Assembly: GCA_024691985.1 (NCBI GenBank)
Contig: JAILNC010000099.1
Location: 18,606-82,605, forward strand
Length of the DNA: 64,000 nucleotides
Origin: Oscillospiraceae bacterium
GTDB taxonomy: Bacteria > Bacillota > Clostridia > Oscillospirales > Oscillospiraceae
Direction of reading: 5' to 3'
Of the stretch, positions 52,509 to 61,163 are shown piece by piece (the first letter of the stretch is position 1; each line of letters opens with the position of its first letter). The notes below the pieces were generated by a model that was not told where the DNA came from, ran no database searches, and worked only from the letters and a program-made list of their open reading frames with translations. Position numbers and translations under genes: made by a program.

Positions 52509-53540
52509 TCAGCCTCTGAGCTGGCGCTTGCGGTAGAAGTTCATCATGCCGTCCTGCAGGGTGTCCAGATGCATGAGCATCTTGCCCGCGCCGTAGGCCG
52601 CGCAGGAGACGGCGTCGTCCACGACCATGGTGCGGATGCCGGTTGAGCGCTCGATCAGACGGTCGATGCCGTAGATCAGGCTGCCGCCGCCAGACATGAT
52701 GATGCCGTTTTTGTCCAGATCGCCCACGAGCTGGGGCGGCGTGCGCTCCAGCACGGCGTGGATGGTCTCGAGGATGCGGTTCATCGGCTCGACAAAAGCC
52801 TCGATCAGCTCCGTGGAGCTGATGCGTATGGACTTCGGCAGGCCGTTGGACAGGTCGCGTCCCTTGATCTCCTCATAGCTCATGTCCGGGCGCTGGATGA
52901 CGCAGCCGATGCTGCGCTTGAGCTCCTCCGCCGTGGACAGGCCGATGAGCAGATCGTATTTGCGGCGGATGAATTTAACGATGGCTTCGTCAAAGCTGGT
53001 GCCGGCGGTCTTGATGGATTCGCACTCCACAACGCCGCCGCCGGAGACGATGGCGACCTCTGTCGTTCCGCCGCCGATATCGATGATCATGTGCCCGTCC
53101 GCCTTGGAGATGTCGACGCCCGCGCCCATGGCCGTAGCGATGGCTGTCTCCAGCAGGTAGACCTTGCGGGCCCCGGCCTCGATGGCGGCGTCGATGACGG
53201 CGCGCTCCTCCACACCGGTGATGGAGCTCGGCACGCAGGCGAGCACGCAGGGCTTGAAGAGACTGAACGAGGTGATGCGGCCGATCAGCTCCCGCAGCAT
53301 CTGGGCGGCGATCTCATAGTCGGAGATCACGCCCGCGCTGACCGGGTGGATGGCCACGATGTTCGCCGGGGTACGGCCGAGCATCTTCTGTGCGTCCTGC
53401 CCGATCTTCAGGATCTTGCCGCTGAACTTGTCCACCGCGACGACGGTGGGCTCCCGGGCAACGACGCCCTTGCCCTGCTCGAACAGCAGGGTGGACGAGG
53501 TACCCAGGTCGACGGCAATGTCTCTTTCAAACAAATTCAT
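52509..53540 (-). CDS. mreB: Rod shape-determining protein MreB/Mbl
   Basis: MNLFERDIAVDLGTSSTLLF…IIDIGGGTTEVAI…. The ATG at 53540 has AAGGAG upstream. The 90-aa N-terminal extension in the ORF track is non-coding. Confidence 0.9.
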   Translation of the reverse strand: MNLFERDIAVDLGTSSTLLFEQGKGVVAREPTVVAVDKFSGKILKIGQDAQKMLGRTPANIVAIHPVSAGVISDYEIAAQMLRELIGRITSFSLFKPCVLACVPSSITGVEERAVIDAAIEAGARKVYLLETAIATAMGAGVDISKADGHMIIDIGGGTTEVAIVSGGGVVECESIKTAGTSFDEAIVKFIRRKYDLLIGLSTAEELKRSIGCVIQRPDMSYEEIKGRDLSNGLPKSIRISSTELIEAFVEPMNRILETIHAVLERTPPQLVGDLDKNGIIMSGGGSLIYGIDRLIERSTGIRTMVVDDAVSCAAYGAGKMLMHLDTLQDGMMNFYRKRQLRG

Positions 53541-53565
53541 AGTTCTACTCCTTATATCTCGCCGC

Positions 53566-54216
53566 TTACGAACGGGACGCGGCAGCGGCCCCGAAGACCG
53601 CCGCACAGCCGGCTTCGGCGAGCACCCCGGCGCAGGACGAGAGCGTCGCGCCGGTGGTGACGATATCATCGACAAGCAGGACGCGCTTTCCCCGCGCGCG
53701 CTGCGGATCGACCGGGGCATAGGCCCCGGCGGCATTGGCCCTGCGCTTGGTCGGGCTGCCGATCCCGGACTGGGGCCGGGTGTGGCGCCGCTTGACCAGC
53801 AGACATTCACAGGGCAGATCCAGGCGCTTTGCCAGTTCCTCCGCGATCAGGCGGGCCTGATCGTAGCCGCGCTGACGCAGGCGCCGTCTGCTCAGGGGCA
53901 CCCAAGTGATACTATCGCAGGAAATCTCGTTTTCGTCAATACATTTTGCGAGAAATTCCGCATAGACCGCCGCGTAGGCCGTCAAGCCGCCGAACTTGTA
54001 GCGCAGGAGCGACTCGCGCACGACGCCCTCGTAACGCAGCGGCGCGAGCGTGAGCTCCGTGTGTTTCACGTCCCGCCGCTGCTCGTCCCTCGTCAGGCGC
54101 GGCAGGGTCCGCAGGCACTCCGGACAGACCCAGAGCTCGCTTCCCGTGCGCAGGAGCCTGCGGCAGAACGCGCAGCGCGGCGGATAGAGAACGTCCAGAA
54201 AACGCCGCCAGATCAT
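53566..54216 (-). CDS. comF: ComF-family protein (ComFC-like, PRTase fold)
   Basis: N-terminal Cys4 (CAFCRR…CPEC) and the PRPP motif VLLVDDIVTTGATL. The ATG at 54216 overlaps the recD2 stop (ATGA). Confidence 0.8.
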   Translation of the reverse strand: MIWRRFLDVLYPPRCAFCRRLLRTGSELWVCPECLRTLPRLTRDEQRRDVKHTELTLAPLRYEGVVRESLLRYKFGGLTAYAAVYAEFLAKCIDENEISCDSITWVPLSRRRLRQRGYDQARLIAEELAKRLDLPCECLLVKRRHTRPQSGIGSPTKRRANAAGAYAPVDPQRARGKRVLLVDDIVTTGATLSSCAGVLAEAGCAAVFGAAAASRS

Positions 54217-56435
54217 TCCACACCGCACAGACTGCGCAGGCGGACCCGCAGCGCGGTATAGCGCCGCGAGCGCCGGTAATTGTCGATCATCTGATAGGCC
54301 AGGGCGTCGTCGCCCACGAGGATGAGAAGCTCGCGCGCCCGGGTGACGGCGGTATAGAGCACCCCGCGCGTCATCAGCATGGGCGAGCCCCCGCCGAGGG
54401 CGAGAATGACCGCGCGGTATTCGCTCCCCTGCGCCTTGTGGACCGTCACGGCCCAGGCGTGCTCCAGCTCGATCAGCGCGTCGAAGCCGTAGGTCGCCCG
54501 ACGCCCGTCAAAGTCGACGGTCAGGGTCTCGTTCTCCGGATCGACTTCGAGCAGGGTCCCGACGTCGCCGTTGTAGATGCCTGTGCCGGCCTCGCGCCCG
54601 TCCGCCGTCTGCCAGAGGATGTCATAATTGTTGCGGATCTGCATGACGCGGTCGCCCTCACGGAAGACGGCGTCGCCGAAAGCCTTCTCCTTCTTTTCGG
54701 GGGAAGGCGGATTGACGGCCTCCTGCAGACGTTTGTTGAGGTTCACCGTGCCCGTCTCCCCTTTGCGTGTCGGGGAGAGGACCTGGATCTCCTCGGTCGG
54801 GATGTGCATCCGCTGCGGCAGGCGCACGGTCACAAGCTCCGTGATGGTGTCGACCGAGGACCCGGCCTGCAGGCGTTTGAGTCTGAAAAAGTCGCCCGCG
54901 TTTTCAGAGAGGTCGGGGTGCACGCCGCGGTTGATCATGTGGGCGTTGCGGACGATGCGGCTGCCCTCGTTCTGGCGGAAGATCTCGGTCAGGCGCACGG
55001 TCGCGGCCACGCCGCTGCGGATCAGGCCGGAGAAGACGTTGCCCGGCCCCACGGAGGGGAGCTGGTCGGCGTCGCCCACCATCACGAGCCGCGCGTCCGG
55101 CGTCAGGGCGCGCAAGAGCGCGTCCATGAGCAGGATGTCGACCATCGAACTCTCGTCGAGGATGACGGCGTCGCAGTCCAGTCTGTCCTTCTCGTTCTTC
55201 GTGAAGACGACGCGATCGCCCTCCTCGTCGAATTTCGCGCCGAGCAGGCGGTGCACCGTGGCGGCCTCCCGGCCCGTGACCTCGGTCATGCGCTTGGCCG
55301 CGCGCCCGGTCGGCGCGCAGAGCAGCGTCTTGAGGCCGAGCTGATCAAACATGGCGAGGATGGCGCGGATGGAGGTGGTCTTGCCGGTGCCCGGGCCGCC
55401 GGTGAGCACGAGGAGCTGATGCGTCAGGGCGAGCTCCAGGGTCTCGCGCTGTCTGGGGGCGTAGGTGATCCCCTGCTGCACCTCCAGCTTCTTAAGAAGC
55501 TTTCCGGTGTCCAGCTGATCGCGGTACAGGCGGCGGCTCATGGCCGCGAAGCGCTCCGCCGCGTGGGTCTCGGCTTCGTACAGCTCCGGCAGATAGCAGG
55601 CGTTCACGCCCGCGATCTGCTCAAAGCAGAGCTGCTTGTCCTCGATGAGCTCGCCGATGCAGGCGTCCGCCTCCTCCGGCTCGACGCCGATGAGCTCGGC
55701 GGTCACGGCCGCGAGCTTTTCCCGGGGAATGAAGCAGTGGCCGTTGCCGGTGTTGTGCACGAGCTCAAACAGGATGGCGGCCGCGATGCGGTTGCGGCTG
55801 CTGCCGCCTACCCCGAGCTCCAGCGCCATGGCGTCGGCCTCGCCGAAGCTGCCGCCGATGAGGGTACTGCACAGGAGATAGGGGTTTTCGCGCAGAAGCT
55901 CCAGCGCCTTGTCGCCGTAATATTTGTACATGCGCATGGCCAGCACGGGGCGCAGGCCGAAGGAGCAGACGAACTCCATCAGCATCCGCAGCCCGGCCTG
56001 CTGCCGGAAGCCCGCGGAGATCTGTCGGGCCTTGTTCAGGCTGATCCCCCGGACGGAGGCCAGCTCCTCCGGACGGTTGAGGATGGCGTCGAGGGTCTTG
56101 TCCCCGAAGCGGTCGACCAGCAGCGAGGCCGTCGCCGGTCCCACGCCCTTGACCGAGCCGCCCGCGAGAAAGGCGTATATCGCGCTCGCGGAGGTCGGGA
56201 GAAGGCGCTGGGCAAACTCCGCCTTGAACTGGCGGCCGTGCACGCTGTGGCTGGTCCACGCGCCGCTGACGATCATGGATTCGCCCGGGGCGGCAAAGGG
56301 GAAGCAGCCGACGACCGTGACGGCCTCGCCGCTGCCGTCACGCAGGCGAAGCACCGTATAGCCGTTGGCCTCGTTCTTATAGATGACCGTCTCGACCGTG
56401 CCGGACAGCTCCTGATATGCCGTTTCCTGATCCAT
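54213..56435 (-). CDS. recD2: ATP-dependent RecD-like (RecD2/SF1B) DNA helicase
   Basis: N-terminal OB/HhH region, Walker A GGPGTGKTT, DESSMV and C-terminal …YTAVTRAR…. The start at 56435 has GAGGT upstream. Confidence 0.85.
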   Translation of the reverse strand: MDQETAYQELSGTVETVIYKNEANGYTVLRLRDGSGEAVTVVGCFPFAAPGESMIVSGAWTSHSVHGRQFKAEFAQRLLPTSASAIYAFLAGGSVKGVGPATASLLVDRFGDKTLDAILNRPEELASVRGISLNKARQISAGFRQQAGLRMLMEFVCSFGLRPVLAMRMYKYYGDKALELLRENPYLLCSTLIGGSFGEADAMALELGVGGSSRNRIAAAILFELVHNTGNGHCFIPREKLAAVTAELIGVEPEEADACIGELIEDKQLCFEQIAGVNACYLPELYEAETHAAERFAAMSRRLYRDQLDTGKLLKKLEVQQGITYAPRQRETLELALTHQLLVLTGGPGTGKTTSIRAILAMFDQLGLKTLLCAPTGRAAKRMTEVTGREAATVHRLLGAKFDEEGDRVVFTKNEKDRLDCDAVILDESSMVDILLMDALLRALTPDARLVMVGDADQLPSVGPGNVFSGLIRSGVAATVRLTEIFRQNEGSRIVRNAHMINRGVHPDLSENAGDFFRLKRLQAGSSVDTITELVTVRLPQRMHIPTEEIQVLSPTRKGETGTVNLNKRLQEAVNPPSPEKKEKAFGDAVFREGDRVMQIRNNYDILWQTADGREAGTGIYNGDVGTLLEVDPENETLTVDFDGRRATYGFDALIELEHAWAVTVHKAQGSEYRAVILALGGGSPMLMTRGVLYTAVTRARELLILVGDDALAYQMIDNYRRSRRYTALRVRLRSLCGVE

Positions 56436-56465
56436 ACATATAACCTCAATGATTGCCGCCCTCAA

Positions 56466-56624
56466 GTAAACGATGATTAAGTCGGCAAGAGCGAATCCCG
56501 AGAGAATTTGTGTTCTGACAATGGCACTTTTTCGCAGGAATACTTTGTGTATCGCAAGAAAAAGTGACGAAGTCAGGGCACAAATTGTCCGGGAGGCGCC
56601 GCAGGCTACTTAATTAGCGTTTAC
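56466..56624. mobile_element. MITE-like 159-bp palindromic element with terminal inverted repeats; overlaps the uvrA stop
   Basis: The left end is GTAAACGATGATTAAGT. The right end, reverse-complemented, is GTAAACGCTAATTAAGT (15/17 match). Internal arms pair as AATTTGTGTTCTGAC/GTCAGGGCACAAATT and CACTTTTTC/GAAAAAGTG. The pentamer CTCAA flanks both ends if the inverted repeats are taken as TAAACG…CGTTTA. The element is AT-rich relative to its surroundings. Confidence 0.45.
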
Positions 56625-59448
56625 TCAAAAGCAGTGGGCGGAGAAATTGGCCGGTATAGCTCGCCTCGCAGGCGGCGCAGTCCTCGGGCGTTCCGGAGAA
56701 GATCAGATTGCCGCCGAGATCGCCGCCCTCGGGTCCGAGGTCGATGACCGTGTCGGCCACCTTGATGACGTCCAGGTTGTGCTCGATGACGACGACGGTG
56801 TTCCCGGCGTCCACGAGCTTGTCGAGGATCGCGACGAGGCGGTGCACGTCCGCGACGTGCAGGCCCGTCGTAGGCTCGTCGAGTACATAGACGGTCGCGC
56901 CGGTGGAGCGCTTCGACAGCTCCGTCGCGAGCTTGACGCGCTGCGCCTCGCCGCCGGAAAGCGTCGTGCTGGACTGGCCGAGTTTGACGTAGCCGAGGCC
57001 GACTTCATACAAAGTCTCGATCTTGTGCAGAATTCTCGGCTGATTGGCAAAGAAGTCGCAGGCCTCCTCCACCGTCATATCCAACACGTCCGCAATGCTC
57101 TTGCCCTTGTAGCGCACCTCGAGCGTCTCGCGGTTGTAGCGCTTGCCGCCGCAGACCTCGCAGGGCACGTAGACGTCGGGGAGAAAGTGCATCTCCACCT
57201 TGACGAGACCGTCGCCTGCGCAGGCCTCACAGCGTCCGCCCTTGACATTGAAGGAGAAGCGGCCCTGGTTATAGCCCCTGAGCTTCGCGTCCTGGGTGGA
57301 GGCGAAGAGGTCGCGGATATCGTTGAACACGCCGGTGTAGGTGGCGGGATTCGAGCGGGGCGTACGGCCGATGGGGCTCTGATCGAGGGCGATGACCTTG
57401 TCGACGTATTCCAGTCCGTCGATGCCGGCGCACTTGCCGGGGCGGACCTTGACGCGGTTTTTCACCGCGGCGAGCGTCTTGTACAGCACCTCGTTGATCA
57501 GCGAGGACTTGCCGCTGCCGGAGACGCCCGTCACGCAGACGAAGCGTCCCAGCGGGATCTCTACGTCGATGTTTTTCAGATTGTTCTCACAGGCGCCGCG
57601 GATCCAAAGGCTCTTCCCGCTCCCCTTGCGTCTGCGCTCCGGGACGGGGATGGATTTTTTCCCGCTCAGATACTGTCCGGTCACGGACTCGGGGCAGGCG
57701 CAGAGATCCGCGACGCTGCCCGCGGCCACGATGCGGCCGCCGCCCAAGCCCGCGCCGGGGCCGATGTCGATGATGTGATCGGCGGCGCGCATGGTCTCCT
57801 CGTCATGCTCGACGACGATGAGCGTGTTGCCGAGATCGCGCAGCTGCTTGAGCGTGCGCAGGAGCTTTTCGTTGTCGCGCTGGTGCAGGCCGATACTCGG
57901 CTCGTCGAGGATGTAGAGTACGCCCATCAGACTCGAACCGATCTGCGTCGCCAGGCGGATGCGCTGGGTCTCGCCGCCCGAGAGCGTCGCCGCCGAGCGC
58001 GAGAGCGTCAGATACCCGAGGCCCACGCTCGTCAGAAAGCCGAGGCGGGCGCGGATCTCCTTCAAAATGCGCGCGGCGATCAGCGTGTCCTTCTCGCTGA
58101 GCGTCAGACTGTCAATGAAGTCCAGCGCCTTGACGACCGAGAGCTCCGCAAAGTCCGCAATACTCAGGCCTCCGACCGTCACGGCCAGGGCCGACTTTTT
58201 CAGTCTTCTGCCATGGCAGCCGGGACAGTCCACCTCGGACATGCACTCTTCGATATCCGCGCGCATGGCGGGGCTCTGCGTCTCCTTGTAGCGGCGCTCG
58301 AGGTTGTTGATGATGCCCTCGAACTCGCGTTTGATGACGCCGTAGCCCTCGTTGCGCTCGTACTTGAGCTGCAGAGGCTCCCCCTTCGTGCCGTAGAGAA
58401 TGGCGTTCATAGCCTCCTGCGGCAGGTCTCTGAGCGGGTCTGTCAGCTTGAAATGATAGCGCTTTGACAGCGCCTCGAAATACATGCGGGAGATCGTGTC
58501 GCCGCGGATATTGTTCCATCCCGAGGCGACGATGCCCCCGTCCATGATCGAGAGATTCGGGTTGGGCATGATGAGCTCGGGGTCCACCAGAAGCTGTACG
58601 CCCAGGCCCGTACAGGTCGGACAGGCGCCGTGCGGATTGTTGAAGGAGAACAGACGCGGTTCGAGCTCCTCGATGGAGATGCCGCAGTGCTCACAGGCAT
58701 AGTTCTGCGAAAAGCGCAGCGGCTCGTCCCTGTCCGCGACGAAAACATCCAGCAGGCCGCCGGACAGGGCCAGCGCCGTCTCCGCCGAGTCCGTCAGGCG
58801 GCGGACGATCTCCGGCTTGAGCACAAGGCGGTCGACCACGATCTCGATGTCGTGCTTCTTGTTCTTCTCTAGCTGGATCTCCTCGGTGAGATCGTACGCG
58901 ACCCCGTCGACACGCGCGCGGACATAGCCGGAGCGGCGCGCATCCTCGAGCACCTTGGCGTGCTCGCCCTTCTTACCGCGGATCACCGGGGAGAGGAGCT
59001 GCAGCTTCGTGCCGGCCGGCAGCTCCATGATGCGGTCGACGATCTGATCGATCGACTGCTGCCGGATCTCGCGCCCGCACTTCGGACAGTGCGGCACGCC
59101 GACGCGCGCCCACAAAAGACGCATGTAGTCGTAGATCTCGGTCACCGTGCCCACCGTGGAGCGCGGGTTCTTCGAGGTCGTCTTCTGATCAATGGAGATC
59201 GCCGGGGACAGACCGTCGATGTAGTCCACGTCCGGCTTGTCCATCTGCCCGAGGAACATTCTGGCATAGGAGCTCAGACTCTCGACATAGCGGCGCTGGC
59301 CCTCGGCATAGATCGTGTCGAAGGCGAGCGAGGACTTGCCGCTGCCCGACAGGCCCGTGATCACCACGAGCTTGTCGCGCGGGATCTCCACGTCGATGTT
59401 CTTCAGATTGTTCTCGCGCGCGCCCTTGATAAAAATGCTTTCCTGCAT
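56614..59448 (-). CDS. uvrA: Excinuclease ABC subunit A
   Basis: [54 protein letters not shown]… with two ABC modules and zinc motifs. The start at 59448 has GGGAGAAGGA upstream. Confidence 0.95.
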   Translation of the reverse strand: MQESIFIKGARENNLKNIDVEIPRDKLVVITGLSGSGKSSLAFDTIYAEGQRRYVESLSSYARMFLGQMDKPDVDYIDGLSPAISIDQKTTSKNPRSTVGTVTEIYDYMRLLWARVGVPHCPKCGREIRQQSIDQIVDRIMELPAGTKLQLLSPVIRGKKGEHAKVLEDARRSGYVRARVDGVAYDLTEEIQLEKNKKHDIEIVVDRLVLKPEIVRRLTDSAETALALSGGLLDVFVADRDEPLRFSQNYACEHCGISIEELEPRLFSFNNPHGACPTCTGLGVQLLVDPELIMPNPNLSIMDGGIVASGWNNIRGDTISRMYFEALSKRYHFKLTDPLRDLPQEAMNAILYGTKGEPLQLKYERNEGYGVIKREFEGIINNLERRYKETQSPAMRADIEECMSEVDCPGCHGRRLKKSALAVTVGGLSIADFAELSVVKALDFIDSLTLSEKDTLIAARILKEIRARLGFLTSVGLGYLTLSRSAATLSGGETQRIRLATQIGSSLMGVLYILDEPSIGLHQRDNEKLLRTLKQLRDLGNTLIVVEHDEETMRAADHIIDIGPGAGLGGGRIVAAGSVADLCACPESVTGQYLSGKKSIPVPERRRKGSGKSLWIRGACENNLKNIDVEIPLGRFVCVTGVSGSGKSSLINEVLYKTLAAVKNRVKVRPGKCAGIDGLEYVDKVIALDQSPIGRTPRSNPATYTGVFNDIRDLFASTQDAKLRGYNQGRFSFNVKGGRCEACAGDGLVKVEMHFLPDVYVPCEVCGGKRYNRETLEVRYKGKSIADVLDMTVEEACDFFANQPRILHKIETLYEVGLGYVKLGQSSTTLSGGEAQRVKLATELSKRSTGATVYVLDEPTTGLHVADVHRLVAILDKLVDAGNTVVVIEHNLDVIKVADTVIDLGPEGGDLGGNLIFSGTPEDCAACEASYTGQFLRPLLLSKR

Positions 59449-59502
59449 GAATGCGTCCTTCTCCCTGTCCGGGCCGTCCTGTTCTTTAGCGGTAACTGTT
59501 TG

Positions 59503-59531
59503 ATTATACCGCAAAAATGTTACGCTTTCAA
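59503..59531 (-). promoter_or_regulatory. Candidate sigma-A promoter of uvrA
   Basis: The minus strand reads TTGAAA-17 nt-TATAAT, about 55 nt upstream of the start codon. Confidence 0.5.
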
Positions 59532-59559
59532 GAGAAGGAAGCGTTTTTCTTATACAAAA

Positions 59560-59672
59560 AATCCCCATGCTGCAAACAGTACCTCAACAAACAAAAGCTT
59601 GCTCAACATGGGGATTATTTTCGCATCTGTTCCGCTTGCCCCGCAAGGGGCGAGGAACAGGCGTTTCAATTG
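59560..59672. repeat. Bipartite two-hairpin intergenic module, copy B
   Basis: Hairpin 1 is AATCCCCATG (59560-59569) / CATGGGGATT (59607-59616) with a 37-nt loop. The spacer is ATTTTCGCAT. Hairpin 2 spans 59627-59660 (CTGTTC-CGCTTGCCCC-GCAA-GGGGCGAG-GAACAG), followed by the tail GCGTTTCAATTG. Confidence 0.6.
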
Positions 59673-59711
59673 TTTTTTTACTGTGGAAGCGCAGCTTTCA
59701 CAGTAAAAAAA

Positions 59712-59731
59712 ACGGGGCCATGCGGCCCCGT
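59712..59731 (-). terminator. Rho-independent terminator of the TetR-family gene
   Basis: ACGGGGCC-atgc-GGCCCCGT, with an 8-nt T-tract on the minus strand. Confidence 0.7.
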
Positions 59732-59744
59732 GAATAAGACGGTA

Positions 59745-60302
59745 TCAGTTTTTCTGGAAACGCTCCATGATGTTCTCGATGCTGTTGTCCAGCACCCGCA
59801 GCACCTTGTCCGTCGTGATCTCCTTCGGCAGTACCATGCCCGAGTCCATCCACTGCGAGATCAGACCGACGACGATGTTGGAATAAAATTCCACGATGAA
59901 CTCAAAATCCGCGCGGTCGATCTCCCGCCCCTCGGCCACGATCTCCGAAAAGCTGCGGATGCAGGCGTAGAGTCGGCCCTTGATGTAGCGGAGCATGTAC
60001 AGGCGGCTGTTGGAGTTGTACACGTTCAGCGCGAAGGCGGAGTTTTCGTACAGGTACTTGAACCACAGCGTCACGTCGTGCTTCCAGTTGTCATATACGA
60101 CCTCGCGCGGGAGGTTTGCATTGGCGTCCTCCTCAAACACCCATTCCAGAAGATCGTACACGTCGTTGAAGTGATAATAGAAGGTCTGCCGACTGACGCC
60201 GCAGGTCTCGACCAGATCGTTGACGGTGATCTTGTCGATGGGCTTGACGTTCATCATTTTCTTCAGTGCGTCAGCAAGCGCTTTTTTCGTAGACGATGCC
60301 AT
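59745..60302 (-). CDS. TetR/AcrR-family transcriptional regulator (DhaS-like)
   Basis: MASSTKKALADALKKMMNVKPIDKITVNDLVETCGVSRQTFYYHFNDVYDLLEW… contains an HTH. The start at 60302 has GAGGGAGG upstream. Confidence 0.85.
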   Translation of the reverse strand: MASSTKKALADALKKMMNVKPIDKITVNDLVETCGVSRQTFYYHFNDVYDLLEWVFEEDANANLPREVVYDNWKHDVTLWFKYLYENSAFALNVYNSNSRLYMLRYIKGRLYACIRSFSEIVAEGREIDRADFEFIVEFYSNIVVGLISQWMDSGMVLPKEITTDKVLRVLDNSIENIMERFQKN

Positions 60303-60454
60303 GTTGCCGGACCTCCCTCTGCGCATTTCGGGCGGTATGAAGCCCCCCCTGCGCGTGCTATGATTTTTTCACAAATGGAGTAAAATGTCAAGACTAATTT
60401 TTGCTTGTGAAAAAGCGGCTCCTGTGATAGGATATCCGGGAAGGAGGCGATCTC

Positions 60455-60814
60455 ATGCTTACGGTCCTGTGCTATGACAAGTGCTCCACCTGCAAAAAGG
60501 CGCTCGCGTGGCTGGATGCGCAGGGGGCGGCTTACACCGTGCGGCCCATCAAAGAGGAGAACCCGAGCGCGGAGGAGCTGCGCGCCTGGCAGGCAAAAAG
60601 CGGCCTGCCGCTGCGCCGCTTTTTTAACATCTCCGGCATGCTCTACCGCGAGCTGGGCTTGAAGGACAAGCTCGAAACGATGAGCGAGGAAGAGCAGCTC
60701 GCCCTGCTCGCCAGCGACGGGATGCTGGTCAAGCGGCCGCTGTTCGTGGCGGAGAAGACGGTCATCCCCGGCTTCAGGGAAAACGAGTGGAAACGGGCGC
60801 TTCAAGTTTTATAA
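60455..60814 (+). CDS. ArsC/Spx/YffB-family thioredoxin-fold protein (second paralog in the window)
   Basis: MLTVLCYDKCSTCKKALAWLDAQGAAYTVRPIKEENPSAEEL…MLVKRPLF… contains a CxxC motif. GAAGGAGG RBS is present. Confidence 0.8.
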   Translation: MLTVLCYDKCSTCKKALAWLDAQGAAYTVRPIKEENPSAEELRAWQAKSGLPLRRFFNISGMLYRELGLKDKLETMSEEEQLALLASDGMLVKRPLFVAEKTVIPGFRENEWKRALQVL

Positions 60815-60921
60815 AATCATTTTACAATTGTGAAACAAAATTTGGGTTAACTGTGAAACATCTTTTTGGTATCTTATGCTTGCAAGTGAGTTTTCTTCTT
60901 TTTCATTTTTGTCCTCTATCC

Positions 60922-60960
60922 ATATCAATCGGGGAGTCCGCAAGGCTCTCCGATTGATAT
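60922..60960 (+). other. 15-bp hairpin with U-rich tail inside an AT-rich intergenic island (possible sRNA terminator)
   Basis: ATATCAATCGGGGAG-tccgcaagg-CTCTCCGATTGATAT followed by TTCTATCTTC. One G·T wobble is present. Confidence 0.35.
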
Positions 60961-60971
60961 TTCTATCTTCA

Positions 60972-60991
60972 ATTGCAAACACGTTTGCAAT
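60972..60991. promoter_or_regulatory. 20-bp near-perfect palindrome (operator-like)
   Basis: ATTGCAAAC-AC-GTTTGCAAT. The direct repeats TGTGAAACA at 60829-60837 and 60852-60860 lie upstream. Confidence 0.3.
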
Positions 60992-61076
60992 CGAGTCACT
61001 CGCGCTCATCGCACTCGGCTTGCGGGGGAACGCCTCGTTTGGTCGGCGCGAGGGCTCGCACAGCTCGCCTTATTGT

Positions 61077-61107
61077 GTTAATGCCGCGGCTTTGCCGCGG
61101 CATTAAC
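61077..61107. terminator. 14-bp hairpin downstream of the SNF2 helicase gene
   Basis: GTTAATGCCGCGGC-ttt-GCCGCGGCATTAAC, with a T/A-rich flank on the plus strand. Confidence 0.5.
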
Positions 61108-61163
61108 ATTTTAATTTCCTTCGGGTCAAGTATCTCAGTCTGACTGCGGATTCTGCACTTGCC

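Noticed and set aside
52509-53810. N-terminal extensions offered by the ORF track for mreB (433 aa), rsmB (500 aa), fmt (323 aa), uvrA (984 aa), the dehydratase subunit (448 aa), EIIC (388 aa), DUF975 (250 aa), rpe (229 aa), recD2 (750 aa), prkC (572 aa) and the TetR gene (193 aa)
   Set aside because: The extensions are Arg/Pro/Ser-rich or overlap the upstream gene. In each case an internal start has a Shine-Dalgarno sequence and/or a stop-start overlap, and it reproduces the canonical family N-terminus.
59449-59560. LexA (Cheo) box in front of uvrA
   Set aside because: I found no CGAAC-N4-GTTCG-like palindrome between the predicted promoter and the start codon. Only an isolated AGAACAGG is present.
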